Source: Torpedo marmorata
Taxonomy: Eukaryota
Length of the DNA stretch: 64,000 bases
Direction of reading: 5' to 3'
Assembly: GCA_977017645.1 (NCBI GenBank)
Contig: OZ360220.1
Location: 87,978,001 to 88,042,000 of the forward strand
Position numbers and translations under genes: made by a program. Below, in pieces: positions 12,541-26,000 of this stretch (positions within the stretch are counted from its first letter, which is position 1; each line of letters opens with the position of its first letter). The notes beneath the pieces were generated by a model. That model saw only the letters and a list, made by a program, of their open reading frames with translations. It searched no databases and was not told the DNA's origin.

Positions 12541-13199
12541 AAAAATGTGTAATATGTAGCTCTATAAATGCTAGACTACTTGTTGGTATTTGAGTTCTTG
12601 AGTCCGAATCAATACTGTGTAAGGTATTTTGTGAAATTTTTTGTCAAGATTACCTTAAAAGCACTGAAACAGGTTCACAGATGTATTTGTCATGCAGCAT
12701 CCTAAGTAATTCTAAATAGCAGACACCAATTATCCACACTGAATTTGATCCATTAGAACCCAGATATTGGATAAAAATAATATTTTCAACATCAAGCAAA
12801 CAGCCTTTGGAGGCACAATAAAAACAAAATCTACAGTTCTGGAGGGACCCATGAAAGTAGAAAATAACTGTAGTAATTTGTACTAGCTCTTGTGAAAGAT
12901 ATGTGATTTGTAAAGCTGCAATGGTTAAGTCTAAAAATTGGTAACATTACAAGATATATGGCAGTGAAGATGAAACTTGTAACACTTTTTCTCTTTTAAA
13001 TTCTAAAACAGTATGATTAACAATCTGCATCATAGTTTCATACTGACATGGCATAGTAATGACTAGTCAACATATATGTATAGGTGTGTTACAGCAGGTC
13101 AACAATCTTCATTTTCCAATTAAAGATAAAAAGAATTGATTAGTTTTAGGGTTGTAAGTTTGTGGTTCAGTTTGCTGGCTACTGACTCTCAATATTACT

Positions 13200-14923
13200 C
13201 AAGCTTTGGAGCTTCTCCATTTTATTCAGGAACAATGTGAAAATTATTATTGCAGGACACATAAAATGATAAAACTGGCTGAAACTTCCAATCTGATATT
13301 TTTGTAAGCTTTGTTACAGTTCCATGCACATACAGTATGGAAGCAATAAAAGACAGCATCACATGTGAAAACCTTTCTTCACAGACAGAGGCAACGACTA
13401 ACAAAACTGCCCAACACATGGTTTACATCAGCTTACAACAAATTATGCACATTTAAAATGTTCAGCAGGCTACATAATATAAACACAAGTGAATAATTTA
13501 GGGATCTCAAAGAATAAGGATTATTCTTTTCCTCTTTCAGTACACAATACCATCCATTTGCCTCCAAAACCTTCGGCTTCATTAAATTTGGTGAGAAATA
13601 AAAAATCTTTAATATAAATATGCAAAGCCAGGGATTACCTGTGAAGAGACAATGCTGGATTTAAAATATCAGCAGGTCAATTCTGACAGCGAAATACAAC
13701 TGCAACTGAATCACTGTTAAATTACATAGATGTGAATTTTGTACGACTTTTGCTGCATAGTTAATGTAAGCATTGAGGCAAAATTGACAGAACCATTTGT
13801 GCACATCAAGTCACCAAAGGACAAATGACTTAAAATGGGTGACTTACAATGACATCCTATGATGTAAATATTGATATACATAGGTCACTTTACATTTATC
13901 TGAATCATAATGAAAGTAAATGGATCAGAACAGAGCAAACAGCTTGTGTCTAACAAAAATCCACATTTAGTATTAATCACAACAGCATTAATTTTCCCCC
14001 TATTTCTTTGCTACGATAGCATTTGTTTTCTTTATTTAAAAATAAAATTTGCAACAGAATAATTTTGGTTGGAAATGTAAACATGTTGTACAAGACTGAT
14101 AAAATTTGGAATCATTGAGTGTGCTTCAAAAAAATAGTTGACGTGTACTTAAACATTAACTTTCATTATATTTTGTATGTTCAGGAATTTATTGTCTTGT
14201 ATATTCAGGGATCATTTATTGCCTAATTGTTTTGATATATTGCAGTAACCTAATTTGACTTTCTGGGTTTCTTCATCAGCATTTGTAGCATGAGTCCTGT
14301 ATATAGAATTACATATCCACTGTTTTTAAGTATGAAAGGTCTATAAGTATACTTCAAAGCTCAAAGGGAAAAAAGATGCCTCAGAGGAAATCTTCAGTGT
14401 CTGATAACAATGTGAGACAGGTACACTTTGTAGAATGAAAGCTTTACCAGTGCTCAGTTGTTTTAGTGCTCGACTGTAATGACAAAGTGAAACTGAAACT
14501 AAATTATTGAAAAGCTTTTCATTCTTAGGAGCCAAAGCAAATAAAAGAAACATTTAAAAGTTTACAATAAATAAGATACAATACTGGCACCTTGAACAAT
14601 AATTAGAAATATTAGTTTGAAGCATATGAATCAAACTTGGGTGGGTGGGGGGAAGAGGGACAAAAAGTTTGCAATTGTACAAGTTTATTTCATTATGTAC
14701 AAATGAACAAAACACAAGAAAATAAAACTTCTGACGAAGAAATCTCACTGTTTGAAAGTCTGACAAAGGGCAGGCTGAGACCACCTAACTTGATTCATGC
14801 CTATCACAAACTGAACGCTTGTTCATGAAAACCCTTCAAAATCTTACAGGTTTGTGCAGTTTTTGTTGAGATATACCGTAGATGGACAGTGATATTTTCT
14901 TGTCAGTTAACCACCATTCATTA
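13200..14923 (-). other. EDIL3: Probable EDIL3 3' UTR with several candidate AATAAA signals
   Basis: Repeat-free AT-rich sequence directly after the stop. Minus-strand AATAAA occurs at 14684-89, 14215-20, 14188-93, 14031-36 and 13221-26. The true 3' end cannot be determined from sequence. Confidence 0.5.
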
Positions 14924-15070
14924 TCACTCTTCTGTGCATCCCAGTAACTCCGTCCGCAGAGTGATCCGGCCATACCACGACCAGGGCAAGATTCTAATAT
15001 ATTGTGCGTAAATGGGAGGATCTAGTACATTTTTCCTGTGTGTATCATTATCAAAATTACCTTGGAAAAC
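14924..15070 (-). CDS. EDIL3: EDIL3 terminal coding exon (end of second discoidin/F5-8 type C domain)
   Basis: Hand translation of the reverse complement gives [48 protein letters not shown], near-identical to the vertebrate EDIL3 C-terminus. It is preceded by a polypyrimidine tract and CAG acceptor (15073-15071), is phase 0, and is 147 nt including the TGA. Confidence 0.96.
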   Translation of the reverse strand, partial: VFQGNFDNDTHRKNVLDPPIYAQYIRILPWSWYGRITLRTELLGCTEE

Positions 15071-15464
15071 CTGCCAAAAGAAAAAAAAAGTACATTGTTA
15101 TTGAATGGATTATAATATGATCCTCGTCCACCCAAACTTGTGCCAAATGTGATAATTTACAGTCATTTGATAGAGGCTGCAAAAAAGCAGGGAGTAAAGA
15201 TTCTTGGAGACTTGATAGACGTCTTTAAAATTATGAATGGTTTCTACAGGGTCGTTCCAGAGAAAATGTTTCCACTTATTGAGGAACCCATGCAACATCA
15301 CTACAAAATAATTATTACTTGGGAAGTAATGACATCTATTATTTCTCCAGTGCTGTTAACATTTTAATGCATATCTAGTGACCTAATTGGAATGTTACAC
15401 AAACAAAATCTGACTGACCCACATAGAGAGATCACAGAGGACAGACGACAAAATTACAGGAGCA

Positions 15465-16180
15465 GTATTGAGTGTCCTGTCTGTCTGCATCATTGTTTGA
15501 TATGGTAGCTGCAACGCATTGGACCAGAAGTTAATACAGAGGATCATCAAAATGGATGAGAAGATCACTAGGGTCTCCCTTTCCTCGACTTCTGACCGTA
15601 ATTGGGACCGAAGGATTGGTCGTAACTCGGATTGGTTGTAAGTCAGATTCACCCTACCGCACATGTCTTAACGAGGTCTTAAAGCAATTTTTCAAAAACA
15701 TTTTCAACAAATGAACCTTTAATGCGCAGACGCATATATTTAAAAAAAAAATTTGATCGTATGTGCGGGTGGACGTAACTCGCGTAGGTCGGAAGTTGAG
15801 GATTACCTGTATTGACATTCACTGTGAGCATTGCTTAAATTGGGCTCAAAGAATTATTGAGGACCCTTTCCATCCAGCACACAGTATCTTTGATCTACTA
15901 CCATCAAGAAGGAGATATAGGAACAACAAAATCAGGACGGCCAGACTAGGAAATAGCTTCTTTCTGCAGCCTGTGAGATGTATCCTGTAACTGAGTAATT
16001 CATTCCAAAATATTTATAACTGTATATTTATTTTAAATTACACCTTAATGTATATATGTCATTAGTATGTGCTGTGTATTGTTTGTGTATGTGTGTGCAC
16101 CGTGTTCCGGAGAAATGGTGTTTCATCTGGTTGCATATGTACAGTCAGATGATAATAAACTTGAACTTGAACTTGAACTG
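15465..16180 (+). mobile_element. Rex1/Babar LINE 3' fragment with nested MITE
   Basis: Encodes IIEDPFHPAHSIFDLLPSRRRYR and ends aataa(acttga)n. Confidence 0.8.
15582..15809. mobile_element. Tigger-like MITE, same family as 59473-59778
   Basis: The right end is ggtcggaagttgaggattacctg followed by TA, and the left TIR is partly lost. The interior is the reverse complement of about 59640-59778. Confidence 0.75.
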
Positions 16181-16199
16181 ATAAATGCAGACCTTAGGG

Positions 16200-16720
16200 A
16201 GTGCCTGGAGTGCCTTCAAGAAGGAAAGAGAGGCATAGATCTTTGAAAATAAATTGTAGAAGATACGTAGCTGAAAGCGTAATTGCCAAGAGTGGAGCAA
16301 TTAAAATCAGAGATCTCTAAGAGGCCAATTTGAGAGGAGTGATGATTCCTTGGTGGGTTATCAGGCTAGATGAGATTACACAACAGGTAACAGTGAAGCC
16401 TTGAGGGATTTGCTGATGATTTAATAAATCAGGTCTTACTCAGCCAAGAGCTAATGAAGGTCAGCAAACACAGTGGTTATGTGTGAACATAAATAGATGC
16501 AACTTGTGCAGCAGAGGTTTGGGTAAGCGTAAATTTATGAGGGTGGATTCTTCAGGCAAGCATTGTAATCACCAAGTCTCAAGATAACAAAGGCATCGGT
16601 AAGGATTGTAGCAGCAGATGAGTTGAGGTAAAGATGGAATAAAATTGTACAGTAGGTGGTTTAATGATGGGATGGATATAAAATTGGAAGCTCAACTTTG
16701 TTCATCCATAGGAAGCAGGC
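16200..16720 (-). mobile_element. Degenerate L2-like LINE fragment
   Basis: Pattern resemblance to L2 3' regions only; no intact ORF. Confidence 0.4.
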
Positions 16721-16814
16721 ATCCTGACAAGGTGATGCCCATCCCTTGCAGTGTTTGAGAAGGTGGTTGTAAAGGTACCTTCTTGACCTGCTGAAGATTG
16801 AATGGTGATGACAT

Positions 16815-17820
16815 GAGAGTTTATTGTGATGTACGTAAGTACAATGCACAGATGCACTGACATTCTTGCTTTCCACAGCGACACAGGTACGCAAAATACA
16901 CTAACAAACAATAAGTATAAAATTAAATTACCACAATGTCCACAAGAAAAAACGAATAAATATAAAAGCTTAGATAAAAATTCACAATTGCAATTAGTGC
17001 AAAAAATGTGATGTTACAATAGTGCAGATATATCTTTGGTAGCCCTGGACAAGTCTCATGATTCAGGCATCTGACAGCTGTTGGCAAAGACTCCAGAGAA
17101 GCTAGACTTCAGTCTTTTGTACCTTCTGCCTGAAGGTAGCAGCAAGAAGCGATCATAAGCAGGGTGACGGGGATCCTTCATCATGCTGGCTGCCTTTTTG
17201 AGGAAGCACTTCGCGTAGCTGTCTTCAATGGATGGGTGGCCGGTTGTCGTGATGAACTTGGTTAAGTTTGCCTCTTACTGCATCCTTCTGTGTTGCTGGC
17301 ATTTGAGTTTCCAAACCAAATGCTGATACAAGCAGACAATGTACTTTCCACAATACACCCGTGGATGTTCGATACTCAATGATATACCAAATCTTCTCAA
17401 TCTCCTTATAAAGTAGAGGCATTGGTGTGCCTTATTCACAGATGCCTCGATGTGCTGGCTCCAGGAGACTTCTTGCTACATGTGGACACCAAGGAACTTG
17501 TGGGTAGTAACCCTCTCCACCCCCATCCTAATTAAGACAGGTGCGTGGTTCCTTGCCCTTCCCTTCTTAAAATGCTCAATAAGTTCCTTGTTCTTGCTTA
17601 TTATAGACAGCAAGATTGTTGCTCTGGAACCACAGAATAAGATTCTCAATCTCCATCCTATGTTCTATATCATTACCTGCCATTTGGCCAATTTATAAAT
17701 TGTGCTGGAGCTGAACTTTGCTACGCAACCATGGGTAGAGAGGGAATAGAGTAGTGAACCAAGCACACATCCTTGAGGTGACTCTTTATTGATGGTCAGC
17801 AAGGAGGAGCTGATATTGTC
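16815..17820 (-). mobile_element. Degenerate Rex1/Babar LINE 3' portion
   Basis: Reverse-strand remnants of the DP.HP...LP.GRRY region and an aataaa-type tail. Confidence 0.65.
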
Positions 17821-17823
17821 GAT

Positions 17824-18095
17824 TTCATAAGATCACAAGATATAGGAGCGGAAGTAAGCCCATTGGCCCATCGAGTCTGCTCCGCCATTCTAATTATTAG
17901 CTGATCCATCCTCCCACTCGGCCCCAATCCTGGCTTTCTCCCTGTTACCCTTGATGCCCTGACTAATCAAATACCTGTCAATCTCTTCCTTAAATACACC
18001 CAACAACCTCGCTTCCACAGCTGCCTGAGGCAACAAGTTCTACAGACTCACGACTCTCTGACTAAAGAATTTTTTCTGCGTCTCTGTTTTAAATT
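17824..18095 (-). mobile_element. CR1 3' end fragment
   Basis: Reverse-complement CR1 3' UTR (cataagatcacaagatataggagc...). Confidence 0.75.
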
Positions 18096-19210
18096 ACCAT
18101 AGAACCATAGAACGCTACAGCACAGAAAAACAGGCTATTCGGTCCTTCTAGTCTGTGCCGACCATTATTCTAGTCCCATTGACCTGCTGCCATTCCATAA
18201 CCCTCTAGACCTCTCCCATCCATGTATCTATCCAATTTATTCTTAAAACTCAAGATCGAGCCTGCATTCACCACACCAGATGGCAGCTCATTCCACACTC
18301 TCACCACTCTCTGAGTGAAGAACTTTCCCCTAACGTTCCCCCTGAACCTTTCACGTTTCAGCTTACAACTATGACCTCTCGTATTTATCTCCCCCAATCT
18401 AACTGGAAAAAGCCTACTCGCATCCACTGTCTATACCTCTCATAGTCTTGTAAACCTCTATCAAATCTCCACTCTTTTCTTCTTCGCTCCAAGGAATAAA
18501 GTCATAACCTCTTTCATCTTTCCCTGTAACTCATCTCCTGAAGACCCGGCAACATCCTAGTAAATCTTCTCTGCACTCTTTCAATCTTATTGATATCCTT
18601 CCTGTAGTTTGGCGACCAGAACTGCACACAATATTCCAAATTTGGCCTCACCAATGTCTTATACAACTTCAACATAACATCCCAACTCCTCTTTCCATTA
18701 TTTTTATTGAGTTTTATATATATATATATGCTCATACATAGGTAATAGCAAGAATATATATCCAACGAAGTAAACGCATGTTAACAAATAGCTGTAAACA
18801 ACCTATGAAAGAGACAAAAAAAAACAAAATGCATAAAAAACAAAAACTACTCTAATAATCTAACCCCTCCATTGTGAGGTTATGATTAAATTCCATTAAT
18901 GCATGAAAGAAAGGAGAACCAAACCATAAAATGGGATCCAATAATCTTATAAATTCTGAAAATAATTAAGGAAAGGACCCCATAAGTTAAGGTTCATTTC
19001 ATTAGTTGAGCATCTGATTTTTTCCAGAGTCAAGCATGCCATCACATCAGATAACCATCAGATAGGAGGGACCGTATCCTTCCATCTCATAAATATAGCT
19101 CTTCTGGCAATAAGGAGAGCAAAGGCAACTACATGGGATTGTAAATAACACAAATGCTGGAGAAACTCAGCAGGTCAAACAGTGTATTTTATGTAGCAAA
19201 GGTAGAAATA

Positions 19211-19251
19211 CATAACCGGCGTTTCAGGCTTGAGCCCTTCATCAAAGTATG
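19211..19251 (-). ncRNA. Hammerhead motif copy with mutated cleavage triplet (GCC)
   Basis: Minus strand reads catactttgatgaagggctcaagcctgaaacGCCggttatg. Confidence 0.5.
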
Positions 19252-20288
19252 AGAAAGTGCCTGCAGGCGTCTGAACAAAAGAGTGAGGGGGGAAGTGGCA
19301 AAGGCAGGAGATGATAGGTGGAGAAAGGAGGGAGGGGACAGCAGCAAAGAGGGGGAGGAGGGATGGCTATCTGGTGGAAAAAACAGGTATGACAGGTGAG
19401 GGGGGAGGGGAAGGAAACGACAAGCAGGTTTAGTGGAAAGCAGAAAAGTCAATGTTAATGTCACCTGGCTGGAGAGTGCCCAGACGGAAAATGAGATGTT
19501 GTTCCTCCAATTTGCGGGTAGTCTGGGTGGGATAGTACATAAGGCCATGGACAGACATGTGAGTGTGGGAGTGTGACCCGGAATTGAAATGGTTGGCTAC
19601 TGGGAGGTCGCTGTTGTTGCGGACGGAGAGGAGGTGCTCAGCAAAGCGGTCTCCCAATCTGCGACCGGTCTCTCCGATGTAGAGAAAGCCACAAAGGGAG
19701 CACCGGATGCAGTAAATAAGTTCTCTGGATGTACAAGTGAAGTGTAGTTTCACTTGGAAGGCCTGTTTGGGGCCCTGGACCGTGGTGAGGGGGGAGGTGT
19801 GGGCGCAGGTGTTGCACCTCCTGCGGACACAGGGGAAGGTGCTGGGGGTGTGATTGGTGGGGAGGGATGAGTGCACGAGGGAATCGCGGAGGAAGCGGTC
19901 CCTACGGAAGGCCGAGAGGGGAGGAGAAGGAAAAATGTGTCTGGTGGTGGGATCCTGTAGTAAGTGCCGGAAATTCCGGCGGATAACGTGTTGGATGCGA
20001 AGGCTGGTGGGGTGGTAGGTGAGGATGAGGGGGATTCTATATTTGTTGCGTCTGGGGGCAGAGGGGGCCAAGGCAGATGAACGGGAAATGGAGGAGATGC
20101 GGGTGAGGGCTGAGTTGATGGTGGTGGAGGGGACGCCACGTTTGTGGAAAAAGGCAGACGTTTCAAAAGATCTGGACTGGAAGACCTCATCTTGGGAACA
20201 GATGCGGCGGAGACGGAGAAATTATGGCAAAGTGGCCTTTGCCACTTCCCCACTCACTCTTTTGTTCGGACGCCTGCCGGCATTTTCT

Positions 20289-20329
20289 CATACTTTGATG
20301 AAGGGCTCAAGCCCGAAACGTCGGTTATG
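20289..20329 (+). ncRNA. Minimal hammerhead ribozyme motif (C3U variant) in Penelope pLTR
   Basis: catact-TTGATGA-a-gggc(tcaa)gccc-GAAA-c-GTC-ggttatg. Stem II is a perfect 4 bp and stem I is 6 bp with one bulge. Confidence 0.65.
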
Positions 20330-20697
20330 TATTTCTACCTTTGCTACATAAAAGACACTGTTTGTCCTGCTGAGTTTCTCCAGCATTTGTGTTTTTTACT
20401 TCAACCACGGTGTCTACAGATTTTCGTGTTTTACTACATGGGATTGTAGCCTAGATAAATTTAAATCAGCTGACTTACTTATTCCAAAAAGGGCAAGAAA
20501 AGGATTAGGAGACAAATTAATATTAAGAGCTAAAGACAAGGTACGGAAGATACTTTACCAATAATTGGAAAGCACGGAACATGACCAAAACATATGAAAT
20601 AATATACCTTCTTCAGTCTTACATCTATCACATTTTGATGAGAAATTAGAATAAAATTTAGCCAATTGAAGTTTGGAAAAGTAAGCTCGATGTACTA

Positions 20698-21321
20698 CAG
20701 GTGCCTAACCTTTTATCCGGAATTCCGAAAACCGAACTTTTTTTCATGGATGTCATGTGCTCACCAAACATGACCCGACGCGACCTACACTTAACTCACG
20801 CTTGAAAATCCCGTGTCGGTCCGCGTCAATAGTTAGTGGAACGTCGGGGACGTCGGCCTCCCGGCAGCAGCAGAGACATCGTACAGGTATGGACGCCGCT
20901 GCAACCCCCCCCCCTGTCCAGCACCGCCACAAGCCCCCCCACTTTGTCCAGCACCTCCAATTGGGAACGCATGTGCAGATTGCTGTCGCTGGGAGGGAGA
21001 GAGATTGAAGAGGGAGAGAGCGACAGAAATCTGCGCATGCGTTCAAAATTACAAAACAGGAGCGGGACCAGCATCGGCCTCCCGGCAGGTCAGAAGCGGG
21101 TCCGGCGTCGGCCACCCGGCAGGTCAGGAGCTGGTCCGGCGTCGGCCTCCCGGCAGGTAAATTACTTGATCAGCATTCGAAATCACAACGGAGCCGGTGA
21201 CGTCGGCCTCCCGGGTCGGCAGCAACAGGGACGTCGGCCTCTATAATTCTATAATCCGAAAAAATCCGAATTCCGAAAAGTGTCCGGTCCCAAGGTTTTT
21301 GGATAAAAGGTTAGGCACCTG
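20698..21321. mobile_element. Tc1/mariner-pogo type MITE (624 bp)
   Basis: Perfect 21-bp TIRs caggtgcctaaccttttatcc with a TA TSD. Removing it restores the L1 reading frame FKV|VHRAY. Confidence 0.92.
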
Positions 21322-23022
21322 TACTTTAAATTGCAATAATGAATGTCGGGCGCATAGAGAAGATGAATTAACCAATTTCAAGATAGAATCCAATGTAGCA
21401 TCAGAAAATTCTTGTTGAAAATCTTGCTCCCATCGTTTCTTAGTCTTGTCCAGGGAATTATCAATAGACATCAATAATAACTCATAGAGAACTGATATCA
21501 ACTTTTTAGTATTCAGTTTAAGATTATAAATTTTCTCTATCATCTTTAATTCCAAATCTTGAGGGAGTTTTAATACCAAGGAATTTAAAAAGATCCTAAT
21601 CTGTAAATATCTAAAAAAAAATGATGTTTTAGTTAATTTAAATTTAGAAGATAATTGTTCAAAAGAGGCCAAAGTTTGGTCAATAAAGAGATCTTGGAAA
21701 GATTGGATACCAAACTCTGACCATTGACAAAAACCAAAATCTTGTACCGAATGTAAAAAAAAAGGAATTAGCTAAAAGGGGACTGATTAATAAAAATCTA
21801 TGGCATCCAATTTTTTTTCTAAATTGAAACCAAATCCTCAATGTATGTTTAACAACAAAATTATCAGTTAATTTTGAAGCAGAAAAGCGTAATGGGGCTC
21901 CAACTATCGAAATGAGGGAATACTTCTTGGTAGAATCAATTTCCAAATTTATCCAACTAGCAACATTCTGTCTGTCCTTCTGATGAATCCAAAAATTAAT
22001 ATATCTAATATTAGCTGCCCAATAATATAATCTACAATTAGGCAACACCAATCCTCCTTTCTTTTTAGGATTTTGAAGGAAAGTTTTATTAAGACGGGGG
22101 CATTTATTTCTCCAGACAAAGGAAGAGATAATAGAATCGAGCGAATCAAAAAAGGTTTTGGGAACAAAGACAGGTACAGCTTGAAAAATATATAGGAACT
22201 TAGGCAGGATATTCATCTTAATAACATTAATACGTCCAATTAGGGACATTGAAAGAGGAGATCACTGAACTAAGGATTTCTTAACATGGTTCATTAAAGT
22301 AAGAAACAAATTGTTGAAATTCTTAGTAATAGTAACACCTAAATAATTAAATTGATTCTTAACAATTTTATAAGGAATGGCAAAATCTAGAGAGCTAGAG
22401 GAATTTAAGACAAACAACTCACTTTTTTGGAGATTTAATTTATACCCAGAAAATTGACCAAATTGATGAAGGAATGATAAAATAGCTGGAATCGAATGAT
22501 CAGGGTCAGATATATACAATAAAAGGTCATCTGCATAGAGCGAAATCTTATGAACAGTCCCACCCCTTGTAATACCAGAAATGTCATCAGATTGCCGAAA
22601 GGTCACTGCTAATTATTCTAATGCTAAATTAAACAATAATGGGCTTAAAGGGCAACCTTGCCTAATTCCACGGTGGATGTTAAATGGTTTGGATTTCATT
22701 GAGTTGGTAAAAATTGAAGCAGTAGGAGACAAATATATTAATTTAATCCAATTAATAAATTTGGGGCCAAAATTAAAATTCTCTAATACATTAAATAAAT
22801 AGTTCCATTCTACTCTATCAAAAGCTTTCTCAGCATCTAAGGAAATAATACATTCAGAAGGTGGGATAGTAAAGGATATTTAATAAATGACAGATATTAA
22901 ATTGTGAATAACGACCCTTTACAATCCCAGTTTGATCTTCAGAGATGATAAGAGGCATAATATATTCGAGTCTACAGGCCAAAACCTTAGACAATATCTT
23001 AGCATCAATATTCAAAAGAGAA

Positions 23023-26000
23023 GCTAATGATAATATTTTAATTGGTGGGGATTTTAATTGTTGTTTAGATCCAATAATGGATAAAACATTGAAATCAACT
23101 ATCAGAACTAAAACTGCTAAAAGAATTCTTACTTTGATGAAAGATTTGAATTTAATAGATATTTGGAGGAAGTTGAGTCCAAGAGAAAAAGATTATTCCT
23201 TTTATTCTTTTAAACATGATTCTTATTCTAGAATAGACATGTTTTTATTGTCATCACAATTAGAAGATAGGGTGACTCAAGCACAATATAAAGCAAGAAT
23301 AATTTCTGATCATTCGCCTCTATTAATATCATGTATAATTCCAGAAAAATAAAAAAAAATATATAGATGGAGATTTAATTCTTCTTTATTGAAAAGAACG
23401 GATTTCTGTAATTATATAAGAAGAGAATTTCAAGAATTTTTACAGATTAATTCTAATTCGATTGACAATAAATTTATTATTTGGGAAGCTCTAAAGGCTT
23501 ATTTAAGAGGTCAAATAATAAGTTATTCAGCAAAAGTTAAGAAAGAATATATTCATGAATTGGATAATTTGGAGAAGGAGATTGAGTTTTTGGAGAAGGA
23601 TTTGCAAAAAAAGAGATCAGAAGAAAAGAGGAAAAATTTAATCAAAAAAAAATTATATTATAATACGTTACAAACATATAAAATGGAAAAATTAATTGAA
23701 AGAACTAAACAAAGATATTATGAATTGGGAGAAAGAGCGCATAAAGTGTTGGCGTGGCAATTAAAGAAAGAACAAACTTCTAGAACTATAAATGCCATAA
23801 AAAAGAATTCAAAGAAAATAACATATAAACCTCGAGAAATAAATTATTCTTTTAAGGAATTTTATCTAAATTTATATAAATCCCAAATTGATAAAGATGA
23901 TTCTAAAATTAATGCATTTTTATCTAAAATTAAGTTACCTAGATTAAATATTCAAAATAAAGAACTTTTAGATTCATCGTTCACGATGAGAGAAGTTAAT
24001 GATATTCTTAGTTCTTTAACAAGTGGAAAATCTCTGGGGGAGGATGGTTTCCCACCAGAATTTTATAAGGAATTTAAGGATTTATTGATACCTCCATACA
24101 TGGAGGTGTTAAAATAAATAACGGAAACTCATTCTCTACCGGAAACATTTTCAAATGCAATAATAACAGTTATACCTAAAAAAGATAGAGATTTGTTGAA
24201 AACAGAATCATATAGACCAATTTCATTGATAATGGTGAAAATTTTAGTAAATAGAGTGGCTAAATATTTACCAGATCTAATTCATGTAGATCAAGCAGGT
24301 TTTATTAAGAATAGATATTCAAAAGATGATATAGCAAGGTTAATCAGTTTAATAAATGTGGCACAAAAGAAAGAGGAATTAGCATTAGTATTAACATTAG
24401 ATGCCGAAAAGTCTTTTGATAGATTAGAGTGGAATTATTTATTTAAAGTATTGGAAAAAATTGGTTTTGGAACTACATTTATTAATTGGATTAAAACTAT
24501 ATATAAAGAACCCTCTGCAAGAGTGGTGACAAATGGACAAATTTCTTCAAAATTTTTGTTGACTAGGTCGACTAGGCAAGGATGTCCTTTGTCACCAGCA
24601 TTGCTTATTTTAGCAATAGAACCTTTAGCAGAATTAATTAGACAAGATATTGAAATTGTAGGTATTAAAGTTGGAAAAGAAGAACATAAAATTAGTTTGT
24701 TTGCAGATAATGTATTGATTTATATGACAAAACCTATTGATTCTTTAATGCAACTGACTGTTTTATTGAGAGAATATGGGGAAATATCTTGTTATAAGAT
24801 TAATTCTGATAAAAGTGAAATTATGGCATTGACACAAGGAGATTATAATAAATGTAAAGAAACTACTCGGTTTAAATAGTCAAATAATGGAATTAAATAT
24901 TTGGGAATAAAAATAGATACAAAATTAGGTAATTTATATAAATTAAATTATTTACCATTATTTACTAATATTAAAAAAGGTTTAGAGATTTGGAAAGATT
25001 TACCTATAACTTTAATGGGAATGGTAAATTGTATCAAAATGAATGTTTTTCCAAGAATTCAATATCTTTTTCAATCAATCCCTTATGAAATTCCTCAAAA
25101 ATCTTTTAAGGATTTAAATCCAATTATTAGGAAATTTTTGTGGAAAGGAAAGTTGGCTAGAGTAGGTATGGAGAAATTAACCTGGGATTACAAAATGGGT
25201 GGTTTACAACTTCCTAATTTTCAAAATTATTATAAAGCAGCTCAATTAAAATTTATTAACAAAATGTTTGATTTAGGAAAATCTTCTGCTTGGATTAGAA
25301 TAGAACTAAATAATATAGGAGATTTGAAAGAAGAGGTTATTTCTAAATGAGATTCTAAATTATTATTAAGAGGAGGTAAAAACTCCCCTATTTTAAGGCA
25401 TTTGTTAGAAATATGGAATAAACTGGATAAGGAGATAGGAGGGAAAGAGTTAATTTCTTTTAAAATGCCTTTGTATCAAAATAAACTTATCCCATTTACT
25501 ATTGATAATCAATTGTTTAAAATTTGGTTTCAAAAAGGGATTAAAAAAGTAAATGACTGTTTTGAAGCTGGTAAATTTATCACTTTTCAAAGAATGAAAG
25601 AGAAGTTTAATGTATTAAATAATACACTCTTTGCTTATTATCAAATAAGAGCATTTTTGGTTGAAAAGTTAGGGCATAGTTTAATCTTACCATGACAAAG
25701 TGAATTGGAGTATAAATACATTTATTTCTCAAATGTATAGATTGTTACAGAAAAAAAAGCTTAAACCAGGAATTCATAAATCAAGATTAAAATGGGAATT
25801 CATAAATCAAGATTAAAATGGGAATGAGATCTGAATGTAACACTAGATGAGGAACATTGGAAAGAAATATGTAAATAAAGTATGACGAAGATTATTAACG
25901 TTAGATATAAGTTAGTGCAATATAATTTTTTGCATCAGTTATATTTAACTCCGAAGAAACTAAAAAAAATAATTCGACATTATCAGGTTTATGTTTTAGA

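Larger units (their letters stand above)
19144..20432 (-). mobile_element. 5'-truncated Penelope-like element with inverted pseudo-LTRs
   Basis: GIY-YIG endonuclease ORF at 19430-20071 (LIYCIRCSLCGFLYIGETGRRLGDRFAEH). An inverted repeat of about 160 bp spans 19144-19306 and 20235-20397. The 16-bp TSD actacatgggattgta lies at 19128-19143 and 20433-20448. Confidence 0.92.

Noticed and set aside
25769-25825. 26-bp tandem duplication inside L1-B
   Set aside because: An ordinary slippage duplication in a dead element.
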